64,000 nt of DNA, taken from assembly GCF_009834535.1 (NCBI RefSeq), contig NC_045704.1, positions 9,176,001-9,240,000 of the forward strand, written 5' to 3'. This document shows, in pieces, positions 58,501-64,000 of the stretch (position 1 is its first letter; every line of letters begins with the position of its first letter). Under the pieces are notes generated by a model. The model was not told the origin of the DNA, did no database searches, and saw nothing but the letters and a program-made list of their open reading frames with translations. The translations under genes were made by a program, and so were the position numbers. The stretch comes from Camelus ferus. Taxonomy: Eukaryota.

Positions 58501-59244
58501 CAAGTCTTCATAGCTTTCTTCAGGTTCTCAAAGGTACCTAGGAACTTGAAGGAAAAAAATAAAGCAATGTCAGATAGAGCCACGTTGGAGGGCTGTGTGG
58601 CAATATCTAAGAAAGCTGCACATTATTACTCTTTCCACCAAGAAATCCGCTTTGTGGCCAGTGCCGCATGAAGTGCACCCTTTAGCACAAGTCAACGAAT
58701 ATGTGCACATTCTCTGCACCCCTGCTTGTAAGAGCACAATATTGGAGAAAAATAAAATGTCTGTGCTCAGAAGAACGGGTCCACAAAATACATTATGTCC
58801 ATACACTAGACTGTTGAACATCTTTGCAAAGGAAAGAACCCGAGGTCCATATAACAACACAGATGAAACTTGCAAACGGGGTTGAGCTGGTGAGGACAAA
58901 GGCAGAGCTAGAGGTCAGGGACATGCTGCTATTTATACAACTTTAAACACATGCAAGGCGATACTCTATGGCAGTTACAGATTGATACATATGTAACAAA
59001 AGTATTGTTTTAACAGGAGGAATAACAAACACCTCAGTTGGGGATAGTGGTTACTTCTGGGAGGGAAGGGAAGGATTTGGAGAAGGGTAAGTACACAGAG
59101 GATTCCAATTATATTTTAAAAGTTTTATATTTTCGGCTGGATGTGTAGGCACTCAGGATGGTTATTTGGGATATTTGGTGGGGGGTGTGCCTGAAATAGT
59201 CTCTTTTTCATTGTTATTTTGTTTTTTAACAAGATGATGAATTA

Positions 59245-59355
59245 TTATTTTTTTAATTTAAGTACTGTCAGTTACAATGTGTCAGTTTCTAGTGTCCAGC
59301 ACAATGTCCCAGTCATGCATATATATACATATATTTGTTTTCAGGTTCTTTTTCA
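59245..59355 (-). mobile_element. Cetartiodactyl-type L1 3' terminus
   Basis: gttacaatgtgtcagtttctagtgtccagcacaatg...atatatacatatatttgttttcaggttcttttt; same family as 10535-10735. Confidence 0.75.
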
Positions 59356-61910
59356 GTGAAATATTCTTTTGCATGACAAACCATAGCGAAGTTTTATGCT
59401 GCTGTGTGAGACAGCACGTGTGGCCTGTCTGTGCCTTGAAAAATAATAGAACTATTATCATAGATAGATCACAAGGGTTTGGTGAGATCCTGAATGGTTG
59501 TATAAAGCCCCCAGCAGAGTGTCTGGTCTGTTCCAACTGCCATGAGTGTATTTGTTAATAATAATGATAGTTAAGCAATCATTCTCTTTTAGGTGCTACA
59601 TTTAGTGTTTTCATCCATTCTTTTATTTAACAGTATTTATTCAATGTATGGATGAACAAAGCCCCCCGCCTTCCAGGTACAATACTGTGAACACACAAGT
59701 GGAGGGAGCCCAGTTTTCATCACGATGCACCGTGATACCACTAAGCATTGAGATTTGACTGACTGGCTTATAACCCTACTCTTTCCAGACAAAACGTTTT
59801 GATGTAATGTTACAGCTTTTTCTTTTCTTTTTCTTTGCATCTCTTTTTCGGCCCAACAATGGGGTGGGAGAACAGGTGAGTTAAGTTATCAACTACACAA
59901 CCTTTGAAGTGCAAGTTAATTCTTTATGTGATCTTTTAGTATTATTTTATTTGGAAAAACATATAAAATCCATAAATAGCGTGTAAGAGATATACTATCT
60001 GTAATACATAGCATATATAATATATCATATAGTTATATGTAAGGTAATGTGGAGTGTATTTATTATTGTATTGATATAATAATTATATATTGTAAATATG
60101 TAATATATTACACATGAGAAATGTTTAAGAATAACACTCTGGGTAGGTCCTGTAGTTAGTCCCATTTCATAATGAGGAAACTGAGGCTCAGAGGCAGCTG
60201 GACACTTGTCAGGGAGCACTCGCTTGGCCAGGGGGACAGAGGCAGAAGGTCACAGGAGGAGCTCTTGGAGGCTGGAGAGCAGGAGACATGATGGGGAGGC
60301 GGAAGGCCAGCTTTAACCAGGGGTGTGTGCACCCCGGGCCAGGGCCTGAGCCTCCCCCCGGCCCTCCTACCACACCTGCCTCTCCAGGTCACTCTGGGTG
60401 ACCCCGCAGGGCAATGTTGCTAAATGGGGAGGTGCAAAGCTCCCCGGATCATCAGTGAGCCTGGAGGTGGGGGGGACGACTGGGGAGGGCTGGAGGCCCA
60501 CAGCATCCCCTCTCACCCTCCTCCTGGGGGACCCTGCACATGCACAGCAGCCTCAGGCCCCACAAGAAGGATCAGCTCCAGCCTGCACTGGGTGGGGAGG
60601 TAAGGGGGCAGCCTGGGGTCCCCAGAGCCTCGGGGACCCTGGCTCTGCCTCTCGCTGGCTGGTGACCAGTGCCTCTGCTTCTCCAGGCCTCAGTTTCTCC
60701 CTTAGGAAATTGGGAGCCATCATTTGGCTTGTCCAAGCCTTGTAGGAAGGACTCCACAAAGCCTTGAATTAATTAAAAAGGGAGAGAGAGCAAACCAGGG
60801 CCTTACACCTGATAAGCATCATTGCATTAGCTCATTTTAGTTTTAGTTTCTGAATAGGTAACGCATGCTGTGGGGGAAATTCAAATAATGTGAATTAAAA
60901 GTTCCCCAAAAGCCGTGTGTTGACATGGATTACTGACTCAACTAAAGCAGCAACAGAAGACTCATCTGGGCAAATGCGGGACGCAGAGCAAGAACTGGGT
61001 GTTACCTCATTTTAAGGGATAACCTTTAGCGCCGTTTGATGTGACTGATGAACGTTTTGTGGTTGAGCTGGAAATTTTCCTTACTTTGATAGAGACGTGA
61101 CCTTGAGTGTTGGGGCACAATTTGTCACAATGTCTGTCGTTTATTGGGCCACTTTTAGCTTTTTATGAGGGAAAATTTCCAGCAGAATCAAAGAGAAAGA
61201 GCAAAATGAACCTCCTCGTCCGCAGCAACACTGCGCTGTGGCCGCAAGGCGCCCCGCCCTCACGCGGGCATGATGCTCTCCCGCTGGCGTATGTGAAACC
61301 AAACACCACGCAGCGTATCGTTTCACCCCAAAGATTTGTGGGGGCTGTAATTTACTTTAAAATACCCCGTTCCCCCAAAAGAAAAGAGAAAGCGATATGC
61401 AAAAAATAACATTCGTGAAGCCTGGCTTTGGGCTGGAGGCGCTCACTGGGGCTTTTCCCCTCCAATCTGTGCTTGCAACTTTGCACAAACCTCAGAAAGC
61501 CCAAGAGCAAAGGAAAATCTCCCTCTGCCCACCCCAGCCCTGCCCAGCTCCCCAGGGCCAACAGAGGAGCCAGTTTCCTGGGGATCCTTCCAGAGGCCCG
61601 GTCACTGTTCTAGCCGTGTTTTTATTAATAGCAGTTTGTAGTAGTAGTGGGAACCTGGTGCGGCAGGCGTCCCGCTGAGTCACACAGACCTGGCCCAGAT
61701 CCCCCGACACCTCCTCCCCTCTGACCTCGTGTAAGCTGATCGCAGCCTTGCAGAGCCTCAGTTTCCTGCTCTGTAAACTGGGGATAAATCCCCATGCTTC
61801 TGGGTGGCTGGGAAGAGCCAGCGTGAAGGCCTCAGCAGAGAGCTGGGCTCAGAGCTGTGCTGAGTACACGAAAGAAGCCTTCTCCCCCAGTGTCTCATGG
61901 CTATTAAGGG

Positions 61911-61985
61911 CTCCTGGGTCTGAGGGAGGAGGGGCTGGGGGCTGGACCCCTGGTCTGAGGGAGGAGGGGCTGGGGGTGGAGACTC
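61911..61985 (+). repeat. Two-unit MSR1-like minisatellite (35-bp period)
   Basis: Identical 25-nt core ggtctgagggaggaggggctggggg at 61917-61941 and 61952-61976. Confidence 0.8.
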
Positions 61986-62770
61986 AGTATTAAGGAGCTC
62001 TGGGAATGGTCTCCCTGGTTCCTGGAGGCCAGCACTCCGGGCCCATGGAGGAAGGTGGAAGCAGAAAGTTCTGGGTCTCCATCCCAGGTAAGGTGTGTGA
62101 AGGGGCCAGTCTCCCCTTTTCCTGTGGCTCTCAGGCCCGGCTCTTGGGGGTTCATGATATATTTTGTCCCCTCTGTCCTGGGACCAGAGCCCAGAGTCCA
62201 AGCTGGTCTAAGTTTGGAAGGGGGAGGGAGGGGGGCAGCGGGTCAGAGGGGGTGAGGGAGGGGTGAGGGGGACAGGATGTCTCTGAGCTGTCACACACAC
62301 CCCTGTCCCGGGCCCAGAGAAAGGGAGGGACAAAAGGCTCTGAGAGAGAGTCAGAAACAAAGACGGGAGGAGGGAGACCGAGAAACACTGGGGAGAGGAG
62401 GCCAGAGAGGGGGACAGAGCCCGGACATCCTGAACGACAAACAGGCAGACAGCAGCCACAGCGGGAAGAGCGTGGGGACAAGGGCGAGGGGCCAGGGACC
62501 AAGAGACAGCACAGGGAGACTCACCCTGGAGACCCAGGAGCCAGAACAATAGCAAGACAGGGACAGGGAGGGTGTGGAGAGAGAGGAGAGACAGTCAGGG
62601 AAACCTCTGGACTTAGACAGACACAGAGGGAGGCAGAGGCAGACCCTCTTGGATGAGCTCCTCGGCCTGGGCTCTGCCAAGGCGGGCAGTGGGGCTCAGT
62701 GGGCTGGTTGCAGTGGGGCTCAGGTAAGGGGCACTTACCTGAGAGCCAGCTGACACCAGGTGACCCCGAG

Positions 62771-62815
62771 ATGGAGCTCAGGGACCCCAAGAACCACGAG
62801 GATGGGGACCCGGAG
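62771..62815 (+). CDS. SBK3: SBK3 coding exon 1 (15 codons)
   Basis: MELRDPKNHEDGDPE vs recalled human MERRASETPEDGDPE; donor GAG|GTGAGA, phase 0. Confidence 0.85.
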
Positions 62816-63381
62816 GTGAGAGATGGGAGACAAGGGAGGGAGAGACTGAGACAGAGTCAGAGACAGAGATGCAGGTAAATGGAGCCAGAGACAGAGATGG
62901 AGAAGGCCGGGGGCAGACACAGAGAGACACACAGAAAGAAAGGGAAGAGACAGGGAAACAGAAACATCAAAGACCCAGAATAAGGCAAACCCAAGGAGAC
63001 ACAGCCAGACCGAGGCCCCCGGAGAAATGTACTCAGAAGCAAAGAGCGGGAAACACAGGAAGAGGGGAGGGTGGAGAGAGAGACAGTGCACCGGGGGGCT
63101 GTGCGGGCTGAGGAGGCAGCCCCAATTGGGGCTGGGGGCTTCTGGTGGCTCCAACAGATGGCAATGGGCAGGGTCACTGAGACAATCACCCATAACCCCG
63201 CCAGGACACAAAAACAGGTGGCCTGAGGCTGGGTGAGTCATTGTGACTCATCCTCCTCTCTGGGGACAGTGACCCCGTCCCCCAGCTCCCCACATCAGCC
63301 CTGGGCCAGGCCTCCAATTTCCCCACTGCTCTCAGTGGGCCCTGGACTCACCCCCTCCCCACTTCTGTCCCTCTCCTACAG

Positions 63382-63532
63382 GAGGACACAGCCACGGCCC
63401 TCCAACGGCTCGTGGAGCTGACGGCCACCAGGGTGACCCCAGTGAGGAATCTGCGTGTTCAGTATCGCCTCATCCGAAAACTCGGCTCCGGCTCCTATGG
63501 CCGCGTGCTCCTTGCCCGGCATCGCCAAGGGG
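63382..63532 (+). CDS. SBK3: SBK3 coding exon 2, kinase subdomain I; gene continues beyond the window
   Basis: Acceptor ctctcctacag|. EDTATALQRLVELTATRVTPVRNLRVQYRLIRKLGSGSYGRVLLARHRQG carries the GxGxYG loop. Donor G|GTGAGT, phase 1. Confidence 0.93.
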
Positions 63533-64000
63533 GTGAGTTTGGCCACCAAAGGAAAGGCTCCAGGACGTCCTCCTAATAGGGTTCTAGGAAGCCACTGAGA
63601 CAGGGAGCGTCCTTGCGGATAGCTGGCAAGGACCCCTGATGGGGCTGTCAGACAGTTAAGAGTTCAGTGATATTCCATAAAACAGAGGTCACCCAGAGAG
63701 GGCGAGAGACTTGCCTGAGGTCACACAGCAAGGCAGAAGCACAGCTTGGATTGAAACTCAAGTCGCCACGTCCCCTACTTTAGGCGAGAGGAAACTGAGG
63801 TCCAGAGAGGGTAAGGCAGTTGTGCGAGACCACCCAGCAGCCTGAGTCAGAGCAGGAAGAGTCCTCAGGGAAGGTCCCCTCCAACCCGCACTTTACAGAC
63901 GGAGAAACAGGAGGCACAGAGAGGTCAGACAATATACCCTGCCCTTCTTGTATCATGCATGAGACATCTGGGGCTCAGAGAGGTTAAGTGACTTGCTAAA

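Overview
Mammalian genomic DNA, very probably camelid: it carries at least 11 copies of a tRNA-Ala(AGC)-derived SINE that resembles camelid Vic-1 (from memory), and I saw no Alu, B1, Bov-A, PRE-1 or SINEC. The window is orthologous to human 19q13.42 in reverse orientation. Gene order: CpG island (inferred upstream ZNF580/ZNF581 promoter, -); ZNF784 (+); ZNF865 (-); ZNF524 (-) head-to-head with FIZ1 (+); ZNF579 (+); about 14 kb of repeat-rich DNA; the first two coding exons of SBK3 (+), which runs off the window end. All five zinc-finger genes are GC-rich, KRAB-less C2H2 genes. Gene identities come from my recall of the human proteins, not from a database search. The assembly is imperfect: six N gaps of 132-156 nt and three single-base frameshifts (two in ZNF865, one in ZNF524) that look like consensus errors. 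There is no CRISPR array, rRNA or credible tRNA gene, and I cannot support a wholly new multi-gene system. The best unexplained signals are cis-regulatory: (1) a hairpin upstream of the SBK3 ATG in which a U1-snRNA-like sequence can pair with a consensus 5' splice site; (2) predicted out-of-frame upstream ORFs in both ZNF524 and FIZ1; (3) MSR1-like 35-37 bp minisatellite units at the SBK3 and ZNF579 promoters; (4) other degenerate 35-40 bp arrays in ZNF865 intron 1 and the FIZ1 3' UTR; (5) several orphan promoter-like elements.
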